Sequence record: DRR723986_698
Length of the DNA: 57,659 bases
Strand: one strand, 5' to 3'
The stretch's first letter is position 1. Each line of letters begins with the position of its first letter. A model generated the notes under the pieces. That model was not told the origin of the DNA. It saw only the letters and a list, made by a program, of their open reading frames with translations, and made no database searches. A program made the position numbers and the translations under genes. Shown here piece after piece: positions 1-9,426 of this stretch.

Positions 1-200
1 GCCGCTGACGCGTCAAACCGGGATGACAAATCACCTGGGCATCCCTGGTTCCTGTCGGATTGAATACAAAGGGGCGGCGCCGAAAGGCGCTTGCCGGTGA
101 AGCGGGACAGGGAAAGCTGGATAACCGCCTCTCATCTTCTTCACGCAGGCTTGAAAAGCTTTTCAGTGTCCTTGAACGTTTCGTGCGATAGTCCGAACGC

Positions 201-1073
201 ATGGATATGATGACCTTGGCACCATACGCTCCCTGGACCGACCGACGCGGCAACCTTTCCGGTCTGCGATTGGCTGTATTCATTGCCGTGCTTCTTCCGG
301 CGTTGCAGATCTTCTACAGCCTCGCCTTCGGACCAGTGCTGCCGGAGCCCTTCGAGATGGAGCTTCATGCCAGTGGCGACTGGACGGTGCGCTTCCTGCT
401 TGTGACCCTGGCGGTAACGCCGCTGCGGAGGATCTTCTCCTGGAACAGGATCGTCGGTGTCAGGCGCATGCTGGGTGTGACAGTGCTTGCCTATGCACTC
501 TTGCACCTGGGGCTGTACGCTGCGCAGGAAAGCTGGAACCTCGGCAAGGTCGTGTCTGAAATCGTTCTGCGCTTTTATCTGACCATCGGCTTTGTCGCGC
601 TGTTCGGGCTGGCGGTTCTGGGTGCGACCTCCTTCGACAGCGCCATCCGCAAACTCGGGCGGAACTGGCAGCGGCTTCATACCCTGATCTATCCGATCGG
701 CGGTCTCATGCTGTTCCACTTCTTCCTGCAGTCCAAGTCGGACGTCACGCAAGCTACCTTGATGGCAGGCCTGTTCGTGCTGCTGATGATCTACAGACTT
801 GCGGTCAAGGCAGGCTTCAGCCTTGCCAACCCGTTGGTTCTGGCGGTTTGCGCGCTGCTGGCAGCTGCAGGGACTGCCGGAATCGAATTTGCCTGGTACG
901 CACTTGCCACCGGCATTCCTGCCGACCGGGTGTTTCAAGCCAACTTCGCCCTTTCCGTTGCAATCCGTCCGGCTATCTGGGTCGGGATCATCGGGCTCGG
1001 GGTTGGCGTGGCCGCAATGGTTCAATGGATCGGCGGATTGCTCGGCCCCAAGCTGGGGCTGAAACGGGCGTAA
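201..1073 (+). CDS. msrQ: MsrQ/YedZ-like heme-binding membrane subunit (ferric reductase-like transmembrane domain), long form
   Basis: Motifs SGDW, TLAVTPLR, RRMLG, YALLH, TS, WQRLHTLIY and LFHF are typical of MsrQ/YedZ; multiple TM helices. Confidence 0.8.
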   Translation: MDMMTLAPYAPWTDRRGNLSGLRLAVFIAVLLPALQIFYSLAFGPVLPEPFEMELHASGDWTVRFLLVTLAVTPLRRIFSWNRIVGVRRMLGVTVLAYALLHLGLYAAQESWNLGKVVSEIVLRFYLTIGFVALFGLAVLGATSFDSAIRKLGRNWQRLHTLIYPIGGLMLFHFFLQSKSDVTQATLMAGLFVLLMIYRLAVKAGFSLANPLVLAVCALLAAAGTAGIEFAWYALATGIPADRVFQANFALSVAIRPAIWVGIIGLGVGVAAMVQWIGGLLGPKLGLKRA

Positions 1074-1101
1074 AATATCGCCGAGCCTTCACCACCCACT
1101 A

Positions 1102-1215
1102 CCATCATCCCGTGGCTTTTCCCTCGGACCCAAGTCGAGCACCCTCCACCCCGGTCGGGTGTTTCATGCGGAAAGGTCACGGCATGGATTGCCGGGTCTG
1201 GCCCGGCAATGACGG
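1102..1215. repeat. Palindromic intergenic repeat, family A copy 1 (degenerate left arm)
   Basis: Right arm CACGGCATGGATTGCCGGGTCTGGCCCGGCAATGACGG matches copies at 1304-1411 and 5093-5205. Confidence 0.7.
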
Positions 1216-1303
1216 AAAGAGGGTGTAGTCTCAGGAATTGGACCCGGTCTGGTTGGGGAGCCAGCCCATGACGGGTTAAGCCGAGTTTCCAGGTTTCCCG
1301 GTC

Positions 1304-1411
1304 CCGTCATCCCATGGCTCGTCCATGGGATCCATGCCGATCCCCTTATCTTCTGATGAGCTTGGATGTGTGGAACGGCCAGGATTGCCGGATCACGTCC
1401 GGCAATGACGG
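1304..1411. repeat. Palindromic intergenic repeat, family A copy 2
   Basis: CCGTCATCCCATGGCTCGTCCATGGGATCCATGCCG ... GGATTGCCGGATCACGTCCGGCAATGACGG; two hairpins with CGTCAT/ATGACG termini. Confidence 0.8.
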
Positions 1412-1514
1412 CGACAGGTGACGATTATCTCTGGGGAATACACAGATCCGGCAAGACCCAGGCTCAGTTGGCGCTGTTTGAATTGAGCAACAATCAGCGT
1501 CGGGACTTTCGCCC

Positions 1515-2021
1515 TTACGACTGCTTCTCGTCGTCGCGCACGCGGCGTTCGGCGTTGATCTGCTCCAGTTCGGCCATCTTTTCGCCGATGGGGCGCAGGG
1601 CTGAAACCGTTTGGCGGAACTGGCTGGCGCGCTGGTCGAGCATGCGCTGTGCAAGTTCCGGGAATTCCTGGATCATGCGTTTGAAGAGCGCGCGGCGAAT
1701 GCGGATGATGCGTACGCCGTCAACGGCTTCTGCCCGGCAAGGGCGCTTGTTTTCCGCAAGAAGAGCCGTCTCGCCCAGCAGTGTTCCCTGACCGACGCGC
1801 TCGATTTCCTCAAAGCCGTCCTTGGTCCTCGTCTGCAGGCTGACCGTGCCGCTGGTGATTACCAAACCGCCATCGGCGCGGTCGCCCTGATCGAACAGGC
1901 GCTGGCCGCGGTTGTAATCCATGCTTTCGGCACTGAAGGCAAGCAGACGCAGCTGATCGTCCTGAAAGTCCGAAAGCATCGGGATTTGTTTGAGAATCGC
2001 AATGTCTTGGGCAAGGCTCAT
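1515..2021 (-). CDS. Cyclic nucleotide-binding domain protein
   Basis: LFDQGDRADG...ITSGTV...LLGETALL...RPCRAEA cNMP-binding pattern; start taken at MSLAQD. Confidence 0.85.
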   Translation of the reverse strand: MSLAQDIAILKQIPMLSDFQDDQLRLLAFSAESMDYNRGQRLFDQGDRADGGLVITSGTVSLQTRTKDGFEEIERVGQGTLLGETALLAENKRPCRAEAVDGVRIIRIRRALFKRMIQEFPELAQRMLDQRASQFRQTVSALRPIGEKMAELEQINAERRVRDDEKQS

Positions 2022-2046
2022 GCCCAAGAAATACGCCGATTACCGG

Positions 2047-2730
2047 TTACGGCACAAGCTTATATCCACCGGCTTCTGTGACAAGAAGCTCCGCATTGGA
2101 CGGGTCACGCTCGATTTTCTGCCTGAGGCGGTAGATGTGGGTTTCCAGCGTGTGGGTGGTCACGCCGGAATTGTAGCCCCAGACCTCGTGCAGCAGCACG
2201 TCGCGGGTCACGGGCTTTTCGCCGGCGCGGTAGAGGAATTTCAGGATGGAGGTTTCTTTCTCCGTCAGGCGAACCTTGGAGCCGCTGTCGTCCTGCATCA
2301 CCTTGGCGGCGGGCCGGAACGAATAGCGGCCGATGGCGAAGGTGGCGTCTTCGCTTTGTTCGTGCTGGCGCAAATGTGCCCGGACACGGGCCAGAAGCAC
2401 GGCGAACTTGAACGGCTTGGTGACATAGTCGTTGGCACCGGCCTCAAGCCCCAGGATCGTGTCGCTGTCGCCGTCATGACCGGTCAGCATGATGATCGGT
2501 GCCTTGAAACCGCCCTTGCGCAGCAGCTTGACCGCTTCGCGCCCATCTATGTCCGGCAGGCCGACGTCCATCAGCAGCAGATCGACGTGCTCTTCCTTGG
2601 CCATGGCGATGCCGGACGTGGCCGAATCCGCCTGGATCGTCTCAAATTCATCGTAAAGCGACAGCTGCTCCACCAGCGCTTCGCGCAGTTCGGTATCATC
2701 ATCGACAATCAAAATCGTGCGGGCGGTCAT
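2047..2730 (-). CDS. cenR: OmpR-family response regulator, probable CenR/OtpR ortholog
   Basis: Receiver domain (ILIVDDD, LMDVGLPD, KPF) plus winged helix (LTEKE, VWGY, THTLETHIYRLRQKIE); the downstream cNMP gene matches my recollection of the cenR/otpR context. Confidence 0.75.
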   Translation of the reverse strand: MTARTILIVDDDTELREALVEQLSLYDEFETIQADSATSGIAMAKEEHVDLLLMDVGLPDIDGREAVKLLRKGGFKAPIIMLTGHDGDSDTILGLEAGANDYVTKPFKFAVLLARVRAHLRQHEQSEDATFAIGRYSFRPAAKVMQDDSGSKVRLTEKETSILKFLYRAGEKPVTRDVLLHEVWGYNSGVTTHTLETHIYRLRQKIERDPSNAELLVTEAGGYKLVP

Positions 2731-2922
2731 CGTCGCGTCCCTCGCCAGAATCCAAAATCTCTTCACGACGACTTGTGCAAAGGACACAAGCGCGTTCCTG
2801 CTTCTATGTGCGTGGGAAATTGTTCCCGCACAAGCGGTGTCCCGTCAATTCTTCTTCACGCGGGGTTTAGGGGTGGTTTATCAAGAAGACCGGCGGAGCG
2901 GACAGGCGGAACGGACAGGATC

Positions 2923-3462
2923 ATGAAAACCTTGAAAAAATCGGCGGGAATGCTGGAGGTTCGTGCGTCGCCTCTGAACCGGACACGCGGCGTGCTCAGT
3001 CTTGGGCGGATCACGGTCCCGTGTGCGCTCGGCCGGTCGGGCATCGTCACGCGCAAGCGTGAAGGCGATGGCGGCACGCCGGTGGGCCGGTTCGAATTGC
3101 TGCACGTCTACTATCGCCCGGACCGGGACTTGCCGCCGGCAACGCTGCTGCCGACCGAGCCGCTGACACCGGCGTCCGGCTGGTGTGACGACCCTGGCCA
3201 CCGCCTCTACAACAGACCGGTGCAACTGCCTTTTGCGGCCAGCCACGAGAAGATGTGGCGCGACGACAGGCTCTACGACATCGTCGTCGTGCTGGATTGC
3301 AATCTGAACCCGGCCGTGAAGGGCCAAGGTAGCGCGATCTTCTTTCACATAGCGCGGGAAGGGTATTCACCGACGGAAGGCTGCGTTGCCGTTTCACCGG
3401 AACACATGCGTTTGATTCTTCAGAACATCGGCGTTGGCGCGGAGATGGTGATCCACGCCTGA
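2923..3462 (+). CDS. L,D-transpeptidase (YkuD) family protein
   Basis: KREGDGGTPVG and GSAIFFH...PTEGCVAV (catalytic His/Cys); AGGA RBS before ATG 2923. Confidence 0.85.
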   Translation: MKTLKKSAGMLEVRASPLNRTRGVLSLGRITVPCALGRSGIVTRKREGDGGTPVGRFELLHVYYRPDRDLPPATLLPTEPLTPASGWCDDPGHRLYNRPVQLPFAASHEKMWRDDRLYDIVVVLDCNLNPAVKGQGSAIFFHIAREGYSPTEGCVAVSPEHMRLILQNIGVGAEMVIHA

Positions 3463-3478
3463 GCCGGCCCGAACAGTC

Positions 3479-3964
3479 TTAAGGATTGGCACTGACCTGT
3501 GGCCGGTAGATGGTGAAACTGCCACTGACCGTGGTCGAGGTCCTGACGCCTGCGTCATCGGTCGTCGTCGCCGTGCGAATTCCGAAACCGTTGCGCTTGA
3601 CGGTCTGGTCGTCGGTGACGTTGCTTTCCAGAAAGGCCGCCCTGTTGCCGTTGACACTTTCCAGGATCGCCGTGTGCCGCGGTTCGCCGCGGGACATCGT
3701 CTGTTCCTCCCAGCTGCCGTCGGGCTGGGTTACACGGACCGTGACTTCGAAGCGGGTGAACTGGAAGACGTCGCCCGGCCGGGCGTCCGACAGGTTGTTG
3801 ATCACCCGTCCCCAGACATAGGTGGAGGCCGGCTTGTTGAAGCCGACGTGCCGGAAAGCGTTGTCGACCAGCGTCCAGCACTGGCCATCGCCTTCCACCC
3901 GGCCAAGTCTCTCGGTGGCGAAATTGATCAGGCGTTGCGCCTGTTGAGCGTTTACGTCGGGCAT
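3479..3964 (-). CDS. Hypothetical protein with papain-like (CHAP/NlpC-P60-type) Cys-His signature
   Basis: GDGQCW, YVWG, RPGDVFQF, HTAI, ESNV; AAGGA RBS. Confidence 0.7.
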   Translation of the reverse strand: MPDVNAQQAQRLINFATERLGRVEGDGQCWTLVDNAFRHVGFNKPASTYVWGRVINNLSDARPGDVFQFTRFEVTVRVTQPDGSWEEQTMSRGEPRHTAILESVNGNRAAFLESNVTDDQTVKRNGFGIRTATTTDDAGVRTSTTVSGSFTIYRPQVSANP

Positions 3965-4185
3965 GATCGTTATCCTTCATAACTGCCCCATGGACGCAAT
4001 ATTAGGTCGGCATGACTGCCAACTCTGTAACCCGCATCACGATTCCGTTGGCAATGAGGGCAACCGAACGCGCCTTGCCGCGTTTTTTGAAAAGTGTCTC
4101 ACAGGCAGAGACGGTGGCCAACTGCATAGGTTTCCGCGGTCTTGTCTGGTATGACGAAGTTCGGGTTCACGGAGATAATCAGGAC

Positions 4186-5076
4186 ATGCGCTGGAAAGGC
4201 CGCCGCGGCAGCAGCAACGTTGAAGACAGGCGTTCCATGGGCGGGAGACCACGCATGCGCGTCGGTGGCCGCCGGGTGAGAGGTGGTGGCCTCGGATTGA
4301 CGGGCCTCCTGATTATCGTCGGCATTGCCTGGCTGACCGGCATCAACCCGCTGACACTTCTCGGCCAGCTGGATGGCGGGGGCGGTTACGATACGCAGTC
4401 CTATCAGACGCAGGTCCCTCGCAGTGCGGCCGACCAGGAAACCGCGCAATTCGTCTCCGTCGTACTGGCCGACACGGAAAACACCTGGGGCCAGATCTTC
4501 GAAAACGGTGGTGCGACGTACCCGGAGCCGACGTTGGTGCTGTTTTCAGGGTCGGTATCATCGGCCTGCGGATATGCCAGTGCGGCCACCGGCCCGTTCT
4601 ACTGTGGTGCCGACAGCAAGCTTTACATCGACCTGTCCTTCTATCAGGAACTGGCAAACCAGCTGAATGCGCCGGGTGATTTCGCACAGGCCTATGTGCT
4701 GGCGCATGAAGTCGGTCACCACATCCAGAACGTGCTTGGCGTGCTGCCGGAATTCCAAAAGGCCCGGCGTACGCTCAGCAAGGCGGAAGGCAACGCTCTA
4801 TCGGTACGTGTCGAGTTGCAGGCCGATTGTTATGCCGGCATCTGGGCGCATTATGCCGCCCGGCAGAAAGGGTTTGTCGAGGAAGGCGATATCGACGAGG
4901 CACTGAACGCGGCCAGCCGGATCGGCGACGATACGTTGCAGCGCCAGGCACAGGGTTATGTCGTGCCGGAAAGCTTCAACCACGGCACCTCGGCGCAGCG
5001 GGCGCGCTGGTTCAAGAAAGGTTTCCAGTCCGGCGACCTCAATACCTGCGACACGTTCAGCGCGGCGAGCCTGTAG
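4186..5076 (+). CDS. ypfJ: Neutral zinc metallopeptidase (YpfJ family)
   Basis: MRWKGRRGSSNVEDRR N-terminus, GPFYC, AHEVGHH zinc motif, ELQADC, HGTSAQR. Confidence 0.9.
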   Translation: MRWKGRRGSSNVEDRRSMGGRPRMRVGGRRVRGGGLGLTGLLIIVGIAWLTGINPLTLLGQLDGGGGYDTQSYQTQVPRSAADQETAQFVSVVLADTENTWGQIFENGGATYPEPTLVLFSGSVSSACGYASAATGPFYCGADSKLYIDLSFYQELANQLNAPGDFAQAYVLAHEVGHHIQNVLGVLPEFQKARRTLSKAEGNALSVRVELQADCYAGIWAHYAARQKGFVEEGDIDEALNAASRIGDDTLQRQAQGYVVPESFNHGTSAQRARWFKKGFQSGDLNTCDTFSAASL

Positions 5077-5092
5077 GAGCACCAACACATCG

Positions 5093-5205
5093 CGTCATGC
5101 CATGGCAGATCCATGGCATCCATGCCGCTTGATCGGTTCTTTTTTTTACGCTTCCGGCTTTGAAAGCCCACGGCATGGATTGCAGGGGCAAGCCCTGCAA
5201 TGACG
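5093..5205. repeat. Palindromic intergenic repeat, family A copy 3
   Basis: CGTCATGCCATGGCAGATCCATGGCATCCATGCCG ... CGGCATGGATTGCAGGGGCAAGCCCTGCAATGACG. Confidence 0.8.
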
Positions 5206-5353
5206 ACCAAGTGATAACGGGCTGGCGCGTTTACGCATATCTGCGATGACTGCCTGCCCTACTGGTAATTTGCGGTGTTTTCCGCCATATAGGGGCAAAT
5301 GTCCGCAAGATGGCGGACGCTTTTCCTTGAAGCTTTGAAGAAGTGCGACCGGT

Positions 5354-6265
5354 ATGGCGTCTGAAACCAGACCCTTTTTGAAGATGAACGGCCTTGGCAA
5401 TGATTTCGTGGTCTGGGATGCGCGTGCAAAACCGCTGCGCCTGACACCGGAAGCCATTGCCGCATTGGGCGACCGCGAGACGGGCATCGGTTTCGACCAG
5501 ATGATCACCGTTGAACGGTCCTCGCTGGGCGTCGATGCCTTCATGCGCATTCACAACCGCGATGGCAGCGAAGTATCTGCCTGCGGCAACGCCACGCGCT
5601 GTATCGGCCGTCTGCTGATGGAAGAAGCCGGCAAGGAGCTAGTTACCATCGAGACCGGCGCCGGGCTGCTGCACGCGTTCGATGCCGACGGTCCGCGCAG
5701 CGTGACTGTCGACATGGGTGTGCCGCGGCTTGCCTGGAACGAAATACCGCTCGCGGAAGAGTTTGCCGACACCCGTGCGATCGAACTCCAGATCGGACCT
5801 ATCGATGACCCGATCCTGCACACGCCGGCCGTCGTCAACATGGGCAATCCGCACGCGATCTTCTGGGTCGACGACGTGGAAGCCTATGAGCTTGAGCGGG
5901 TCGGTCCCTTGCTGGAACACCATCCGATCTTTCCGGAATACGCCAACATTTCGCTGGCCCATGTGTTTGATACCGACCAGATCCGGGTAAAGGTTTGGGA
6001 ACGCGGCGTCGGTCTGACGCTGGCCTGTGGGACGGCTGCCTGTGCGGTTGGGGTTGCCGCCGCGCGTGATGGCCGGACCAGCCGCAAGACCACCATCCAT
6101 CTGCCGGGCGGTCCCATCGGCATCGAATGGCGCGAGAGCGACAACCACGTGCTGATGACCGGTCTGACGGAAGTGGAATTCGAAGGCGAGGTCGATCTCG
6201 ATTCTTTGGCCTGGCGCAAAACCGCCACGGGTGACGCCCCGCTGGCGGCTGGAGCCGCGTCATGA
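5354..6265 (+). CDS. dapF: Diaminopimelate epimerase
   Basis: KMNGLGNDF, ACGNATRC, NMGNPH, ERGVGLTLACGT. Confidence 0.96.
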   Translation: MASETRPFLKMNGLGNDFVVWDARAKPLRLTPEAIAALGDRETGIGFDQMITVERSSLGVDAFMRIHNRDGSEVSACGNATRCIGRLLMEEAGKELVTIETGAGLLHAFDADGPRSVTVDMGVPRLAWNEIPLAEEFADTRAIELQIGPIDDPILHTPAVVNMGNPHAIFWVDDVEAYELERVGPLLEHHPIFPEYANISLAHVFDTDQIRVKVWERGVGLTLACGTAACAVGVAAARDGRTSRKTTIHLPGGPIGIEWRESDNHVLMTGLTEVEFEGEVDLDSLAWRKTATGDAPLAAGAAS

Positions 6266-7530
6266 GCATCGATGTCGTGACCTTCGGCTGCCGGCTCAAT
6301 GCATATGAGTCGGAAGTCATGAAGCGCGAGGCGGAGGCTGCCGGCCTCAAGGACGCCATCCTCATCAACACCTGTGCCGTAACCGGCGAGGCGGTTCGTC
6401 AGGCCCGACAGGCCGTGCGCAAGGCCAAGCGCGACAACCCGAACGCCAGGGTAATCGTCACCGGCTGCGCCGCGCAGACGGAAAGCGAGACCTTCTCCTC
6501 CATGGAGGAAGTGGATCTGGTGCTCGGCAACACGGAAAAGCTTGAGCGCAAGTCCTATCAGGACGTTGCCGCCTTCGGCGTTTCCGAAACCGAGAAAGTG
6601 CGCGTCAACGACATCATGAGTGTCGAGGAGACCGCAGGCCATCTGATCGACGGACTGACGGGCCGCGCGCGTGCATTCGTGCAGGTCCAGAACGGATGCG
6701 ATCACCGCTGCACCTTCTGCATCATTCCCTATGGCCGGGGCAATTCCCGCTCCGTGCCGATGGGCGTGGTCATCGACCAGATCAAGCGCCTCGTCGACAA
6801 TGGCTACAACGAGATCGTGCTGACCGGTGTCGACATCACCTCCTATGGCGCGGACCTTCCGGGGACCCCCAAGCTGGGCACGCTGTCGGCGAAGATCCTG
6901 AAAATGGTTCCGGACCTGAAGCGCCTGCGGCTGTCTTCCATCGATTCCATCGAGGCCGATGACGACCTGATGCGGGTGATTGCCGAAGACGAACGGCTGA
7001 TGCCGCATCTGCACCTGTCGCTCCAGGCGGGTGACGACATGATCCTGAAACGGATGAAGCGGCGCCACCTGAGGGCCGACACGATCCGCTTCTGCGAAGA
7101 GGTTCGCCGCCTGCGGCCGGACATGGTTTTCGGTGCGGACATCATCGCCGGCTTCCCGACGGAAACCGAGGACATGTTCCAGAACTCGCTCCGGATCGTC
7201 GACGAATGCGGCCTGACGCATCTGCACGTCTTTCCGTTCTCGCCGCGCAAGGGCACGCCGGCAGCGCGCATGCCGCAGCTGCCGCGCAATGTCGTGAAGG
7301 AACGCGGCGCGCGCCTCAGGGCCAAGGGCGAGGAAGCGCTGGTCAGGCACCTTCAGGCCGAGGTCGGCAAGACCCGCCCCGTGCTGATCGAGAAGGAAGG
7401 CCTTGGCCGGACTGAACAATTCACGCAGGTCGAGCTGGGCAGCGGCAATGCCGGTGAGATTGTCGAAACCAGAATTATCGGACATACCGGCCGCCATCTT
7501 CTGGGCGAAGCCCTTTCCAGGGCTGCCTGA
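6262..7530 (+). CDS. mtaB: tRNA t6A methylthiotransferase (radical SAM)
   Basis: TFGCRLNAYES, NTCAVT, GCDHRCTFC (CxxxCxxC), IIAGFPTET; ATGA overlap with dapF. Confidence 0.93.
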   Translation: MSIDVVTFGCRLNAYESEVMKREAEAAGLKDAILINTCAVTGEAVRQARQAVRKAKRDNPNARVIVTGCAAQTESETFSSMEEVDLVLGNTEKLERKSYQDVAAFGVSETEKVRVNDIMSVEETAGHLIDGLTGRARAFVQVQNGCDHRCTFCIIPYGRGNSRSVPMGVVIDQIKRLVDNGYNEIVLTGVDITSYGADLPGTPKLGTLSAKILKMVPDLKRLRLSSIDSIEADDDLMRVIAEDERLMPHLHLSLQAGDDMILKRMKRRHLRADTIRFCEEVRRLRPDMVFGADIIAGFPTETEDMFQNSLRIVDECGLTHLHVFPFSPRKGTPAARMPQLPRNVVKERGARLRAKGEEALVRHLQAEVGKTRPVLIEKEGLGRTEQFTQVELGSGNAGEIVETRIIGHTGRHLLGEALSRAA

Positions 7531-7616
7531 GGAAAGGTTCAGGGTTCGGGTGGTGACGAGCTGGCCTGTGGTGTGAGTCAGATTGGATTGAAGCCGGGGC
7601 GAATTGCAATGTACTC

Positions 7617-7719
7617 CTCATCCTGAGGAGGCCCGCAGGGCCGTCTCGAAGGATGGGCGGCAGTCTCGGCGCAAGTGGCCCATCCTTCGAGACAGCGCTG
7701 AGCGCTTCCTCAGGATGAG
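7617..7719. repeat. Palindromic intergenic repeat, family B copy 1
   Basis: CTCATCCTGAGGAG...GTCTCGAAGGATGG ... CCATCCTTCGAGAC...TCCTCAGGATGAG; second copy at 29239-29346. Confidence 0.85.
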
Positions 7720-7795
7720 CTATAGGGTTTGGCTTCGGCGGTGGATGCCGACAGTTTAAGAACGCAGTAATGGGCAGATTTTTTAAGGCAGGTTC

Positions 7796-9256
7796 ATGAG
7801 CGAGAAAAAGCGCGGCTTTCTTGGACGTCTCTTCGGCGGCAAAAGCAAACCGGAAGACGAGGCTGTTCCGGTTGCCGAGGATGCGGCACAGAAAGCAACA
7901 TCCGCAGAACCGCAGGAAGACGACCCGGCCCTCGACGTCGAGATGGACGTTCGGCCTGTCGCGGCGCTGAACGAGCCGTTCCAGCCGATCGCAATGGATG
8001 TCAGCCCTGGTATCGTTCCGGAACTTTCGCCAATGAAGCCGGCGGTGGAGCCGGAAGACATTCTGCCAACCGACACGGGACCTGACGTCGAGCCCGAGCA
8101 GGTAGAAACACCGGAACCTGAAGCGCCCCGGCCGGAAGAGCCCGAAAACCAAGAGCCCGCAACACCAGAACCTGCAACACAGGCGCCAGAAACCCTGGCA
8201 CCAGAACCGCAGGCACCGGAAATACAAACGCCTGAAACGGCCAGCGCACCGGAACCGGTTGTCGAGTCGGCCCCCGCAGAAGCGCCTGTTGCCGCTCCAG
8301 TGCCCGCCGCACCGGTTGAACCTGTTGCCGAAGAGCCGAAACTGTCCTGGTTCCAGCGATTGAAGAACGGCCTGTCCCGGTCTTCCGCATCGCTGACCGA
8401 AGGCATCAGCTCGATCTTCACCAAGCGCAAGCTGGACGCCTCCATGCTGGAGGAGCTGGAAGATATCCTGATCCAGGCAGATCTTGGTGTCGACACGGCG
8501 ATGGCGATTACCGACCGTCTGTCCGACGGGCGCTACAACAAGGAAATTTCGCCGGAGGAAGTCCGGGCGATCCTGTCCGAAGAGGTTGAGAAGGTGCTGG
8601 TTCCCGTCGCCAAGCCGCTCGATCTCGATACCGGCAAGAAGCCGCATGTGGTGCTGATGGTCGGGGTCAACGGTACGGGCAAGACCACCACCATCGGCAA
8701 GCTGTCACAGAAGCTGCGTTCCGAAGGCAAGACCGTCATGCTGGCGGCTGGCGATACCTTCCGTGCGGCCGCAGTGGAACAGCTGAAGATCTGGGGGGAG
8801 CGCACCGGGGCTGAAGTGATTGCGCGCGATACCGGCGCGGATGCCGCCGGCCTTGCCTATGATGCGATGAAGGAAGCACAGGCGAAGGGCGTCGATGTGC
8901 TTCTGGTCGATACCGCCGGCCGGCTTCAGAACAAGGCCGAGCTGATGGATGAGCTGGAGAAGGTCATCCGCGTGATCAAGAAGCACGACCCGGAAGCTCC
9001 GCACACGGTCCTGCTGACGCTCGATGCGACGACAGGCCAGAATGCGCTCAACCAGGTCGAGATCTTCGGCAAGGTTGCCGGCGTGACCGGACTGGTGATG
9101 ACGAAGCTCGACGGAACCGCTCGGGGCGGGATCCTGGTCGCGATTGCCGCCAAGCACGCAATGCCGGTGCATTTCATCGGTGTTGGGGAAGGTGTGGCCG
9201 ATCTCGAGCCCTTCTCGGCCAAGGATTTTGCCAGCGCGATTGCAGGCATGGCTTAA
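7796..9256 (+). CDS. ftsY: Signal recognition particle receptor FtsY with Pro/Glu-rich N-terminal region
   Basis: GVNGTGKTTT, DTFRAAA, DTAGRLQN, TKLDGTARGG. Confidence 0.97.
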   Translation: MSEKKRGFLGRLFGGKSKPEDEAVPVAEDAAQKATSAEPQEDDPALDVEMDVRPVAALNEPFQPIAMDVSPGIVPELSPMKPAVEPEDILPTDTGPDVEPEQVETPEPEAPRPEEPENQEPATPEPATQAPETLAPEPQAPEIQTPETASAPEPVVESAPAEAPVAAPVPAAPVEPVAEEPKLSWFQRLKNGLSRSSASLTEGISSIFTKRKLDASMLEELEDILIQADLGVDTAMAITDRLSDGRYNKEISPEEVRAILSEEVEKVLVPVAKPLDLDTGKKPHVVLMVGVNGTGKTTTIGKLSQKLRSEGKTVMLAAGDTFRAAAVEQLKIWGERTGAEVIARDTGADAAGLAYDAMKEAQAKGVDVLLVDTAGRLQNKAELMDELEKVIRVIKKHDPEAPHTVLLTLDATTGQNALNQVEIFGKVAGVTGLVMTKLDGTARGGILVAIAAKHAMPVHFIGVGEGVADLEPFSAKDFASAIAGMA

Positions 9257-9325
9257 CGCGAGCGTCCCGCAAGGCGCTGGACCCGTTCGTTTGGGCGCCT
9301 TGCGACATTTGCAAAGCAGCGCCGG

Positions 9326-9350
9326 GGAACCTCGCAGCCCGACGTGCGTT
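9326..9350 (+). promoter_or_regulatory. Sigma-EcfG (general stress response) promoter motif
   Basis: Exact GGAAC-N16-CGTT ending 76 nt upstream of the MscS ATG. Confidence 0.65.
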
Positions 9351-9426
9351 TAGTTAGCGTCGAAGTCTGGCGCGCGCGGAATCCCTTCTACTGACGGCAG
9401 CCGGGCACAAGCGCGGAAAGGCCGTC

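Noticed and set aside
1102-1411. CRISPR-like array
   Set aside because: Repeats are inverted, variable and dispersed, with no regular repeat-spacer period and no cas genes
7850-8340. Pro/Glu-rich repeats in FtsY and the Ala/Glu-rich helicase tail (50400-50740)
   Set aside because: Ordinary low-complexity linkers for these families
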